Positions 33,727 through 43,329 are shown, counted from the first letter of the stretch. The stretch is DNA of 64,000 nt from Dehalococcoidia bacterium (GCA_011174815.1 DUFF01000023.1:368-64367), one strand, 5' to 3'. Made by a program: numbers and translations. The notes: generated from the sequence alone by a model not told the origin.

Positions 33727-34079
33727 TCATCATCCTCCGTGTATTCGGGATCCAGAAGGATTTCCTTTAGCATCCAGCGTGCGTATTCTTGCCGTTTTGT
33801 ATCTTTAGCCTGGATGCTCTGCCTAAGTATGTTCCTCCACTCCGGGATACTGGTTCTTCTCCACTCTTCCAGTAACCAGCATTCCGATTCATTCCTAAGC
33901 TGACGACGAAGTTCCTGCAATATAAACTGTTTCGCTTCTTTCAGGTCAGCTATAATATCATCAGGTAAGGGTTGTGGTGCTTGCACCTTGAACCGGTCAT
34001 TCAGATGAATAAATATTGCACCTAAAACCCGACACCTTTCCATCAAATCCACCACATTCCTCATATCTCCATCTCCCAC
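33723..34079 (-). CDS. hypothetical protein
   Basis: This 118-aa ORF overlaps the primase gene end by 19 nt and the next gene start by 4 nt, so it looks translationally coupled. I recognise no motif. Confidence 0.45.
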   Translation of the reverse strand: MGDGDMRNVVDLMERCRVLGAIFIHLNDRFKVQAPQPLPDDIIADLKEAKQFILQELRRQLRNESECWLLEEWRRTSIPEWRNILRQSIQAKDTKRQEYARWMLKEILLDPEYTEDDE

Positions 34080-36088
34080 TGCTGTCCCTCTTTAAATACG
34101 AAAACTTCTTCGTTTCCCTCTCTTCCCGGGGTTTTATCCGCAACATCCGCAACATTAGCTTCAGGATAGCTTTGAGAATTATCCGCAACATCTGGTACTT
34201 CAGGCACGGTTTGTTGCGGATATTTTGGAGCCCTTTCGCAAAGCTGAGCCGTAGCTGCGTGTTGCGCTGTTGCGGATAGAAGGTCGGAATAAAGGTAACG
34301 CATCCAAACATCTTGAAAATCGGCCTGTCTGTAACCCTTTGGTGTTTTGTCATCGATGCGAATGGTCTGCGGTCGGATTCCATAGGGTTTTAGGAGACGA
34401 GCCAGACGGCGGGCGTTAATCGGCTTTCCGTGCATATCCCCCCAGGGCGATTCTTCTATTTGAATTAGTGCGCTTACCAGGTCAGCTGAAGAAATCTGTT
34501 CGGGATTTTCCTCAAATACTAATTTAATGTCAGCTAACAGCTGGACGCCCAGCGACTCGTCTTCCCGGTCTTCTCCAGTCATCAGGGCTCTGGCTGCCTC
34601 TCGGGCTCTACGGGGCCAGTCGTCACCGGCAGCATCAGCGATGGCAAGCAGAGGCTCCCAGCAGTCGGCGGCCCGGTCATCCAGTTCCTGCGGAATGTCA
34701 GGCTCGGTATCGGACAAAGGAGTTACGCTCAAGAATTGAATTATCTGCTGTCGTAACAGAGAAGCTTCCTGTTCCGCATTCCTTTGGCGGAACCTCTCGA
34801 TTTGCTCATTGGGAGCACGCCGTTTCAATACGATTGGAATGCTGCGGTCGGCTACTGTATCCGGCAGTTTCCCTATGCCTGCGATTGCTTTCGGACAGAA
34901 AGTTGATAGGTCCTTATACCCAATCGCCGCACCCTGCCCAACACAGAGCGAGGACTTACCACCTCGTCGGTAGCCTGTATTCAGAATTGACCTTAGCGCC
35001 TCTGCGTACTCTTTGTCGCTTTTGAAGGCAGCATCCGATTCATCGAGGAGCAATGTCGGGCGCTCTAAATCTACTTTCCTTGCCAGGACTGCGGGAGTCA
35101 CACGACCTGTGAACCACGGGCGGGCTACCAGCAATTCCAGAGTCTCCAATAGTCGAGTCTTCCCGGACCTCTTCTCAGGCGAGGTGATGTTAAGATAGGG
35201 TGTTGCCTCAGCTGCTTCCAGCGCATGGGTGTGCAGGACCCATAAGGCGATAGCTTCTGCCTGGCATTGTGATAGGACGACGAACCTCAAGATAAAGGCG
35301 ACGATAGCGTCGAGGACTTCATGACCACTTGAGGACTGCCAGGTTGGTGAGACTTCAGTTAGCCTCAGCAGGTCTTCAATGCTGTTTCCCTTTGCCAGCC
35401 AGTCATATATGTCCTGGCCTCGCTCAAGGTTCGGCAGGACGATGACTTTAACACAACTGGCTATACGGATGAGAGAAGTAGCAACCTGGTGAGCGTGAGC
35501 TTGCCCGGGTTCATCGTTATCAGAGAGAACAGCGACCTTTCTGCCCCGGAATGGCTGGCGATATTCTTCCCGCCATTTGCCCGCTCCCATCGGGGAGCAG
35601 GTCGCTGCCTGCCCTCGCTCTACAAGGGCGTCAGCATCCTTCTCACCTTCAACGAGGAATACCCATTTTCCTCCAGGTGTGGCAAGCAGTTGCGGGAGAC
35701 GATAGACGACACGCCGGACGCCTTCTATATTCCAAATCCAGTCGCCATTACCATCGGGCCTCCGCTGTCGAAAGGTCTTAGGCTCATAACGGGCGACCTG
35801 GAAGAGAAAGTTATTGTTTTCGTCCTGATAATCGTAGGTAGCGACGATGCGTTCAGGAATCTGCTTAGGCTTGGCCTCTTCAATGCCCAGCTTCTGCGCC
35901 AGCTTCTTTAGACCGCCTTTTTCCCCGCAGGCCATGCATTTGAAACCCGTTTGACGAAACCTTAAGTTTGGCTTTCTCCTATCGTCATGGAAGGGGCATA
36001 GGGCAGTATACCAGCCTGTTCTATCGGGACCGGAAACCTTATTTAGCCGACGAATAACCAAGTCGACAGAGATGCTCTTGGTATCCAT
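34061..36088 (-). CDS. DNA primase-like protein: CHC2 zinc finger + Toprim + DUF3631-like C-terminal domain
   Basis: CPFHDDRRKPNLRF...FKCMACGEKG is a CHC2 finger. VFLVEGEKDADAL...VAVLSDNDEPGQAHA is a Toprim (E...DxD). The C-terminal part (TLLLDESDAAFKSDKEYAEALRSILNTGYRRGG) resembles the DUF3631 family common in integrative elements. Confidence 0.8.
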   Translation of the reverse strand: MDTKSISVDLVIRRLNKVSGPDRTGWYTALCPFHDDRRKPNLRFRQTGFKCMACGEKGGLKKLAQKLGIEEAKPKQIPERIVATYDYQDENNNFLFQVARYEPKTFRQRRPDGNGDWIWNIEGVRRVVYRLPQLLATPGGKWVFLVEGEKDADALVERGQAATCSPMGAGKWREEYRQPFRGRKVAVLSDNDEPGQAHAHQVATSLIRIASCVKVIVLPNLERGQDIYDWLAKGNSIEDLLRLTEVSPTWQSSSGHEVLDAIVAFILRFVVLSQCQAEAIALWVLHTHALEAAEATPYLNITSPEKRSGKTRLLETLELLVARPWFTGRVTPAVLARKVDLERPTLLLDESDAAFKSDKEYAEALRSILNTGYRRGGKSSLCVGQGAAIGYKDLSTFCPKAIAGIGKLPDTVADRSIPIVLKRRAPNEQIERFRQRNAEQEASLLRQQIIQFLSVTPLSDTEPDIPQELDDRAADCWEPLLAIADAAGDDWPRRAREAARALMTGEDREDESLGVQLLADIKLVFEENPEQISSADLVSALIQIEESPWGDMHGKPINARRLARLLKPYGIRPQTIRIDDKTPKGYRQADFQDVWMRYLYSDLLSATAQHAATAQLCERAPKYPQQTVPEVPDVADNSQSYPEANVADVADKTPGREGNEEVFVFKEGQQWEMEI

Positions 36089-36160
36089 ATCCGTATATTA
36101 AGGGAGTATACGGAACCAATTGAAGGCCAAGAATTGGGTCACCGAGAAATGCGCCGCAAT

Positions 36161-37243
36161 TTAGTGGCTTTGATGTTTCTTGTAGGGCGCTCTTGGTAAC
36201 TTAAGCCCTAGAAGTTTTCCAAGATATTCGGTGCTCCGTTTGACAGTCGCAGGATCGCACTCTGACTGCTTCCTCACACCGTACCTTGTAGAAATGTCCT
36301 CGACAGAAAGCTTTAAATATAATCGATCAAACAACATATCAAAATCACGCTGCCTCCACGTACGATTGGGGCGATAGCCCCACTTCTTTTTCTGCTCGTT
36401 TACCGTGCGACTGTGATTCGGCCCCAAATCTCGAGTTGTTTCCTTTCCAGTCATCGCAATCAACGACCACTCATTTAATGTTCTATCAGATAAGACTCCA
36501 CCTTCACTTGGAATCAGTATGTCCTGTATAGTACGTGGAAACATAGTTCCTAAAAGGCCGTCCGGAGTTGGCTCAGCAAGCTCCTCTTTGGGGATAGGTT
36601 CTAACAAACGAGCCCTATCGTTGGCAAGTAAGAATTCCGGCGCCCACCAGCACTTCAGCCCTGAAGTAAAACATAGTTTTGTTAACTCTCTCTGGTAGTT
36701 AAGTAAGGGCACAACAGGATAACTGATCAAGGTCTTGGTTGCAACGAAGGCTTTTGCAACTAGCTTTGGTGAGAACAGGTGCCATCCGAAGCGTGGCTTC
36801 CACGCTCCCCCAAGTGAATCCCTCAAGTATTTGTTCCTGTAGTAGCGAATGAATTCGGAACGACTTCGTATAGATTGCTGCATAAAAGTATCACGAGCGT
36901 TAAACAGTATTGTATTGAGTCCTTTGATCATCCATATTCCTGCTGCTATGCTTCCCGGCACTATTAACATCATCTGAAAGTTTGAAAGAACCTTATTTGT
37001 TGCTTCACGTGAAGCACCAAACTCTCTTATGTCGAAAGCTGATCGGAGTCTGGATGTCCACTTTGTAATATCAACGCTTGCAGCCAGATACTCAGATTCA
37101 AGTTTATGCTTTTTTGCCCAGAAACACGAAGCTTCTGGTCTTCGTTCATAAGTACCTAAAAGTAGACGTATTGCCATTACATAGTCTAGGAGTTCATTTG
37201 ACCAAGGCAATCTATTGGCGTCTTCAATAGTAAATGGCTTCAT
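36161..37243 (-). CDS. hypothetical protein with possible C-terminal HTH
   Basis: 360 aa with no recognisable catalytic motif. The C-terminal LSVEDISTRYGVRKQSECDPATVKRSTEYLGKLLGL looks HTH-like. It lies at the transition to lower-GC DNA. Confidence 0.5.
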   Translation of the reverse strand: MKPFTIEDANRLPWSNELLDYVMAIRLLLGTYERRPEASCFWAKKHKLESEYLAASVDITKWTSRLRSAFDIREFGASREATNKVLSNFQMMLIVPGSIAAGIWMIKGLNTILFNARDTFMQQSIRSRSEFIRYYRNKYLRDSLGGAWKPRFGWHLFSPKLVAKAFVATKTLISYPVVPLLNYQRELTKLCFTSGLKCWWAPEFLLANDRARLLEPIPKEELAEPTPDGLLGTMFPRTIQDILIPSEGGVLSDRTLNEWSLIAMTGKETTRDLGPNHSRTVNEQKKKWGYRPNRTWRQRDFDMLFDRLYLKLSVEDISTRYGVRKQSECDPATVKRSTEYLGKLLGLKLPRAPYKKHQSH

Positions 37244-37824
37244 GGATACTATAATTATACGTAACCTTAGCGGGTTATACTAGGAGGTTTCATTTGATGG
37301 GCGCTACATCTCCAAAAAGGTTATGTCTTGTTGATAGCTAGAAACGGGTGTATAATTTCCATAGCCAAAAAGACTCCTTTTACAAGTATAACCACCTGTA
37401 AGCTTAGAAATACTAACATACTAAATCTGGTGCGGCCCAGTAGGCTACGGCTTGTCCTAAATAATGGATCTATCGAAAGCGTATTAGGCCTAGTCCTGAG
37501 CGATATCGAGGCGAAAGAAGGGAACGGAGATAGGAAGAGACGGCCAAAAATAATGGGCTAGTTTCCATTATCGCTTTGTCGAGCATCTGAAGGCTAGGTC
37601 AAGGTACTCTTTCCCACTGTCAAGCCCAACTAGGGTGCTCACACCGGTTCTGCAATAGATGGGGGCAAAGGTGAAAAATGTACTGACACAGGAAAAGTTA
37701 CACCTCTTTATGAAGAGGCTGCCCATTGATAGTGAGCCTATACTTATTTAAAGTACTACGTCAGGCGTGATGGTGAACCGTCTCTTACGACGGGAAACTT
37801 TCACTTTTCAGTGCAATCTTTTTG

Positions 37825-39984
37825 TTACTTTGCCTTGGGATGGCTGACAAATTTGACCCATATCCTCCTAATGGCATGATACTCTATAGCAGTGAAGAAG
37901 TAAGTGCATAAGATCACTGCGAGAGTTACAAAGGATAAAGCATAGCTTGGTAAATAAATCTGGTAGAACCTTTGGTAGATGGCTTCTCCTCGTTCTGGTG
38001 ATGAAGGAAAGGCAGGCATGAATCCAAGATTCTTCATCGGTTTCTTTCCGTTATACCTCCAGTGGTTTGTACTAATATTCTGAGGAACAGTAAAAATGGT
38101 GTATTTCAAGTTACTACCAGTTATGTGGAATTTTATTGGACTCTTTTTGGTTACTTCAAGATCTTCGGCTTTTTCTTCACAGGCGCTGTCCTCACCGTCT
38201 CCAAGGATGTAAAGATGTTCTTTAACGTCTTGAATTTTACTATAGTTTACATATTCCTCAAGGCTCTTAATATAGATAACGCTACTAACAGCATAAGCTC
38301 TCGCCGTGGGATTCATGTTTTTAAAAAGTGTAATCTTGTCGTTCTTAATCACGGTTTGTAGGTCGTCCTGACGGTAAAGAAAGTCATATTCCCGATAATC
38401 TGATTCATTAAAGAGAATCACGTACTTTATATCTAGCGATAGCAGCATTTCGCCGAAATTGGCGATAGTATCCTTCTTTTGTAATAAAAATTCTATATAC
38501 TGGCTTATGGGATTGAGGCTCTGTGTGAAGATGCCCGGTACCTCGATGTTATCGCCCTGGATTATTGGCTTGTCAAAGAACTTCTGGGCAGGATTTTCTA
38601 GTCTTTTTTCTTTGTTGGGCAACCAGCTAAAATCCATGTATCGGTGCCAGGGAAGCACCAGCACATTAAAATCATCTGTATCTTGGTTGAGATATTGGTT
38701 AATCATGTACCATTCTTGGGGGTAATCTGTTGCCCGCAATTGTCCATAGGAGCCGAACATAGGGAGAGTGTAGATAACTGGTGTAAGTAATGATATAACG
38801 CTCACAAGTACCACAGCGGTCTTTGCCAAAGCTTTACCACTTTTCCCTATTTCTGTGACCAGTTTATTAACTCCAAGACCACCAAGATAAGCGTAAGTAA
38901 GACAGAGAAGCGCAACGAACTTATGCGAGTCCCTGAATGCACGAATAAGGGGGAAGTTCTCCCACAACCACTCAAAAGGGGCTCTGGTTGACGTGATGGT
39001 TGCTGCAATTGCCAAAAAGAGGCTAATCGCACCAATAGTTGCCACTGATGTGACTTTCCATGATATTCTATGCTTAGACTGTCTTCCGATTGTGCCATAT
39101 ATAGCAAAGAAAAGAATGACTAAGAATAATATCCACCACCAGGCTGTGAAGTCTTTGAGGTAGATATAGCCTAATCTCCAAAAACCATGCAATGAAGCCA
39201 CCGTAAAAGCTGTGGATATATTAGGGATATTTTTAGGGGCGAAATAGTTTAAGTCTACCAGTCCGACTTGGCTAAGCAAAGTGTGATCCGCAGTCATGGA
39301 AGGTATTATCCAGTATAGATTGAGCGCACCATATGTGCCTGCTGTTATGGCTACCGACTTCATAAGCCTTAGAAGTACGGGCTTGTTGTCGCTTACTTGC
39401 ATCATTTTAACAATAAACAAGATTGCGAAAGCTAGAATAAGTAAGAATAAGCTATGCACTTGAAATAAGCCTGCTACGGTAGTGAAGATGACCACCTTAA
39501 ACGTTGATTTACAATTCTGTTTTTTCAGGAGTTCTATAAATGCCAGCACAGCAAAAGGGGTGAAGGCATATGCCCAAAGTATTCCCCATTGCCCTGCCAT
39601 GAATCTGGTGTAAGTAAATGGGTTTATTGTATAGAGAAGGCCGGCATAATAGCTGCCGATGCCAAGCTTAGGAAGCAGTTTGTATCCACCCAGACCACAT
39701 AGAAATAATATCAAGAAGAGAATTACTTTCTGGAATACCCAAGCAGGCATAAAATGATATGCCCAATGTTGAATAAGCATATAGGGTGCGGCAGCGGTAA
39801 TCCATCCATCAGCACTTAAGCCATATGTATAAATAGTGATATCTTCATTTGGAGCAAAGACCATGTCAAGGGTGAGGATATATCCAGGATTGAGGAGTTG
39901 CAATAGTACTACCAATGCTAGGAATGCAAAGACAATGTATGGCAGCCACCGGGATATTATCCAATCTTTGGGCTTGTGTCCCAT
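37825..39984 (-). CDS. large polytopic membrane protein, GT-C-fold glycosyltransferase-like, with extracytoplasmic C-terminal domain and terminal TM helix
   Basis: 719 aa. It has roughly 12-13 hydrophobic helices, an acidic motif in the first loop (LTLDMVFAPNED), and a ~250-aa soluble domain. The architecture resembles YfhO/AftD-like GT-C enzymes. Confidence 0.55.
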   Translation of the reverse strand: MGHKPKDWIISRWLPYIVFAFLALVVLLQLLNPGYILTLDMVFAPNEDITIYTYGLSADGWITAAAPYMLIQHWAYHFMPAWVFQKVILFLILFLCGLGGYKLLPKLGIGSYYAGLLYTINPFTYTRFMAGQWGILWAYAFTPFAVLAFIELLKKQNCKSTFKVVIFTTVAGLFQVHSLFLLILAFAILFIVKMMQVSDNKPVLLRLMKSVAITAGTYGALNLYWIIPSMTADHTLLSQVGLVDLNYFAPKNIPNISTAFTVASLHGFWRLGYIYLKDFTAWWWILFLVILFFAIYGTIGRQSKHRISWKVTSVATIGAISLFLAIAATITSTRAPFEWLWENFPLIRAFRDSHKFVALLCLTYAYLGGLGVNKLVTEIGKSGKALAKTAVVLVSVISLLTPVIYTLPMFGSYGQLRATDYPQEWYMINQYLNQDTDDFNVLVLPWHRYMDFSWLPNKEKRLENPAQKFFDKPIIQGDNIEVPGIFTQSLNPISQYIEFLLQKKDTIANFGEMLLSLDIKYVILFNESDYREYDFLYRQDDLQTVIKNDKITLFKNMNPTARAYAVSSVIYIKSLEEYVNYSKIQDVKEHLYILGDGEDSACEEKAEDLEVTKKSPIKFHITGSNLKYTIFTVPQNISTNHWRYNGKKPMKNLGFMPAFPSSPERGEAIYQRFYQIYLPSYALSFVTLAVILCTYFFTAIEYHAIRRIWVKFVSHPKAK

Positions 39985-40017
39985 GTCCTCATGTGCTTTC
40001 TGTGGTAGGCAGGATTT

Positions 40018-40977
40018 CTATATCTCCTCTATCATCCTCTTTATCCAAAGATACGTCCTAGCGATGCCATCTTCTAAGGATACTTTTGGCTCCCAGCCAA
40101 GCATTTTCTTTGCTAGCGTCAGATCGGCATTACGACCCCGCACACCTTGTGGAGCAGATAGGTCATGCTCTTTCTCTATTTTCTTGCCAGATATGCCTAT
40201 GACCATGTCGGCCAAGTCTTCCACTGAGATAAGGCGATCAGAGCCGATATTGAGTGGCTTATCATAATCAGAATCCATGAGACTTACGGTACCCGCGATG
40301 CAATCATCAATATAGCAGTAGGACCTAGTAGCTTTACCATCACCCCAGATTAATATCTTGCCGGGGTCAGAGGCCTCAGCAACCTTACGGCAAATTGCTG
40401 CTGGAGCCTTTTCGCGGCCACCCTTGTAGGTGCCCTCCGGTCCATAGACATTATGGTACCGAGCAATCCTGATATCCAGCCCATAGTCGCTCTTATATGC
40501 CTTCGTCATTTCCTCGGTGAACAACTTTTCCCAGCCGTATGCCTCATTTGGGTCTGCTGGGTACGCATCCTCTTCCTTAAGCCCTAAAACATCCGGATTG
40601 GTCTGCTTATAGTTTGGATAAACACAGGCGCTGGAACTGAAGAAGAACCGTTTTATTTTATTGGCCACCGAGGCCTGCAGCATATTGACATTAATAAGTA
40701 CATTGTCACGCATAACATCAGCGGATACCAAAGTAATAAAGCCTATGCCTCCCATGTTAGCTGCCAGATTATATACTTTATCAATATTCTCTGTTGCACG
40801 CAGGCAGTTGGAATATTCACGCAGGTCCAAGGCGAGCTTTTCGTTACAGTATTCCTCCTTGATATAATTGTCATATTTAATATCGGCAACCCTTACGAAG
40901 TTGCCATGCTCATACAGGTATCTTGCCAGATGGCTTCCGATAAAACCACCACCGCCAGTAACTAGAATCCTTTCCAT
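40018..40977 (-). CDS. GDP-mannose 3,5-epimerase-like NAD-dependent epimerase
   Basis: VTGGGGFIGSHLA, NLAANMGGIGFI, SSACVYP, YGWEKL, YKGGREKAPAAICRK and PQGVRGRNAD closely track the plant GME sequence as I remember it (ADMGGMGFI, KGGREKAPAAFCRK, PEGVRGRNSD). Confidence 0.7.
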   Translation of the reverse strand: MERILVTGGGGFIGSHLARYLYEHGNFVRVADIKYDNYIKEEYCNEKLALDLREYSNCLRATENIDKVYNLAANMGGIGFITLVSADVMRDNVLINVNMLQASVANKIKRFFFSSSACVYPNYKQTNPDVLGLKEEDAYPADPNEAYGWEKLFTEEMTKAYKSDYGLDIRIARYHNVYGPEGTYKGGREKAPAAICRKVAEASDPGKILIWGDGKATRSYCYIDDCIAGTVSLMDSDYDKPLNIGSDRLISVEDLADMVIGISGKKIEKEHDLSAPQGVRGRNADLTLAKKMLGWEPKVSLEDGIARTYLWIKRMIEEI

Positions 40978-41028
40978 TGTGCTTCTCCTTTCCCATGTAT
41001 TTATTTTGAAAATACTAATATTGCCGGT

Positions 41029-41877
41029 TTAGCCTGTATTACTCAGCCGCCTAGCCACGATATTTATGCCCCTTCGGAATGGCGGTATTATGCAAGTAAG
41101 CGGAACATACGCGGCAGCATAGATTGCCCATAGCAACGCAATTCCCAATTTTCCTAAAGGAATATATTTAATCCAGTAGCGCGCATCTAACATATCGCTG
41201 AAACAAGGCAGTTTATCCCAGTACCTATTATGTGATGCCTTGAGAATCTCAAACCCGGAAGACTTAATCTCTTGCACTAGTTCTGACTTTATGTATTCCC
41301 GGTAGTGAAATCGCCCGGGCAGGTCATTTTCCACCCACATCTCCTGGACATGCCAACCTAATAACATCCGTACCCTGTTATATAGACATGCGAAATTGGG
41401 TGTAGAGGTTATGAGTGTACCTCCCGGCTTTAGAACGCGCCAGCACTCCCGCAGGATTGGACCTGGGTGACAAGGGAGGTGCTCTATTACCTCCGCCAAA
41501 GCAACGACATCAAAACATTCATCTGGCCAAGGCAATGCCTCCTTGAGTAGGTCAACTTCCTTAAATTGTATGTTGTATTTTTCACAGCAAGTTTTCTGTA
41601 TATCATTCATGTCTAAGGTGTTGATATCTGCCGCCGGCATCAATCGGCGTAGGATATAGGTAAAAGGACTTACGCCAATATCAAGAATTGATTCAACATG
41701 GGGTATGCGGGTGATTTCTGCTGCGAGAGACTCAAATCGAAACCGGTGTTGCTTAAGATACAATTTTTCAAAATACCCGTCCCGCAGTCCTTCTCTCTCT
41801 AAGGCCCAAAGAGAATATATCTCGTGAAAGGCGGCCCAGAAATTCTTTCCGGAGGCTGTTACCTCATAATCTGCCAT
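41029..41877 (-). CDS. class I SAM-dependent methyltransferase
   Basis: Motif I is ILDIGVSPF. FDVVALAEVIEHL and LKPGGTLITSTPN are typical of Methyltransf_11/23-type enzymes. Confidence 0.75.
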   Translation of the reverse strand: MADYEVTASGKNFWAAFHEIYSLWALEREGLRDGYFEKLYLKQHRFRFESLAAEITRIPHVESILDIGVSPFTYILRRLMPAADINTLDMNDIQKTCCEKYNIQFKEVDLLKEALPWPDECFDVVALAEVIEHLPCHPGPILRECWRVLKPGGTLITSTPNFACLYNRVRMLLGWHVQEMWVENDLPGRFHYREYIKSELVQEIKSSGFEILKASHNRYWDKLPCFSDMLDARYWIKYIPLGKLGIALLWAIYAAAYVPLTCIIPPFRRGINIVARRLSNTG

Positions 41878-41925
41878 TTTTATCTTCCCCGCTAAGCAAA
41901 CTGTTAGAAGCGCTCCATTCTTAGA

Positions 41926-43329
41926 TTAAATATACTTGTTTCTAGGTTTGAGGTTTCGTACTGATGTAATGGTAATCGATATAAGACATGTCAATGCAAT
42001 TATGATGGCTATTAACCTAATATCCAGTGAAGCATTTTTGTTGAATAATCCGGGTAGTGATAAATATTGCATTGTCCAATTAACCATTGGTTCCCAAGGT
42101 ATTATATCCCAGTTAACCGCAAGTGGTAGCCAAATGATGACCGGACCCAATAGCGCCAAAGTCCAAGCGACAAGAGAAAAATTAAGAAGACCATATACAA
42201 AGACTGAAAGATGGAGCAAGGGGATAGTAACGGCCATAAAAGCTAATAAGGGAATATAATAATGCGCTCCTGTATAGGTATATAAAATGGGGAACAGAAG
42301 CAATGCAATTACTGCTAACAGGTAGATAGACTGTGAGAAGTCACCTTGCCTGCGGACGGTAATAGTTGTTAGTAAAGTAATGAATAAGGCGCCGATAACT
42401 AAAAAGCCAATTAGGACCGAAGGGTAGTGCAGGTGACCCCACGTAAAGATGGACTGGCTAATTCTTAGGGGTATGAGTTCGATGAACCATAAATTAATAC
42501 CGCCCAACTGAGGCCACGTAAGGCGTGTTGTTGCACTTTGTCCAATACCAAGCAACTGTCCACCTGGCAGGAAAGCAATAACCGGAATGATGCAGCCAGC
42601 AGCAAACTTGGCCAATGGTTTACAACCGGCAAGCCATCGTAAACGTATTTTATATTTTTCCTTAATTGTTGAGCTGCGATCCGATAAGCTCATAAACCCA
42701 AACCATAACAAAAAGATGCCAATACTTATGCCAAAGAACAAATTTAACGGTTTGAAGAGAAAACCCAAGGAAAAGGCAACGCCAGCTTCGATGTATGACT
42801 TCCTTGTAATTAAATAGGCTGCTAAAAGGGATAATAAGGCTACGATCACGTCATACTGCCCGAAGATACAGCTCTCAATTATGACCATAGGGCTGAGAAA
42901 CCAAAGAGCAAAGGCAAACTTCGCTTTTTTATCACCGGCAAGCCTCCTAACAATGGTGTATATCAACAACCCCACCAGAATATCGGCAACAATCAGCGGC
43001 AATTTTATGGCAACCATCGCGAGCGGTGTGGCCAGACTAGTCATATTAGCTACGGTTTGTAAAAAGCCATTACTAAGTGGTACCGTCAGGTGTGAAGGGT
43101 CAACAAACTGTAAAATTAGTACCAAGGGAAGGGAAATAAGAGTTATCCAAGTCGCCGGGTAAATATTATCAAATGGTGCTCCAGCCCCGGGGCTGATAAT
43201 TGTCCTCAGTGACAGTAGCTGGAAATACTCTGTATCAGGCCAGACTGCTATCAGTGCCAGAACTATCCGTATGATGAGACCAATAAGCAAGATATTTCTT
43301 ATGGGGTGCCGTAGCAATCTTTCCTCCAA
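41926..43329 (-). CDS. polytopic membrane protein, GT-C/DUF2029-like glycosyltransferase candidate
   Basis: 467 aa with more than 10 predicted helices. I recognise no soluble domain. It sits inside the glycosylation cluster. Confidence 0.45.
   Translation of the reverse strand: MEERLLRHPIRNILLIGLIIRIVLALIAVWPDTEYFQLLSLRTIISPGAGAPFDNIYPATWITLISLPLVLILQFVDPSHLTVPLSNGFLQTVANMTSLATPLAMVAIKLPLIVADILVGLLIYTIVRRLAGDKKAKFAFALWFLSPMVIIESCIFGQYDVIVALLSLLAAYLITRKSYIEAGVAFSLGFLFKPLNLFFGISIGIFLLWFGFMSLSDRSSTIKEKYKIRLRWLAGCKPLAKFAAGCIIPVIAFLPGGQLLGIGQSATTRLTWPQLGGINLWFIELIPLRISQSIFTWGHLHYPSVLIGFLVIGALFITLLTTITVRRQGDFSQSIYLLAVIALLLFPILYTYTGAHYYIPLLAFMAVTIPLLHLSVFVYGLLNFSLVAWTLALLGPVIIWLPLAVNWDIIPWEPMVNWTMQYLSLPGLFNKNASLDIRLIAIIIALTCLISITITSVRNLKPRNKYI

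Noticed and set aside
37328-37561. A 77-aa ORF lies in the 580-bp island spacer.
   Set aside because: It has no RBS, no motif and a composition unlike the neighbouring genes. I treated the region as non-coding (see the finding on the spacer).
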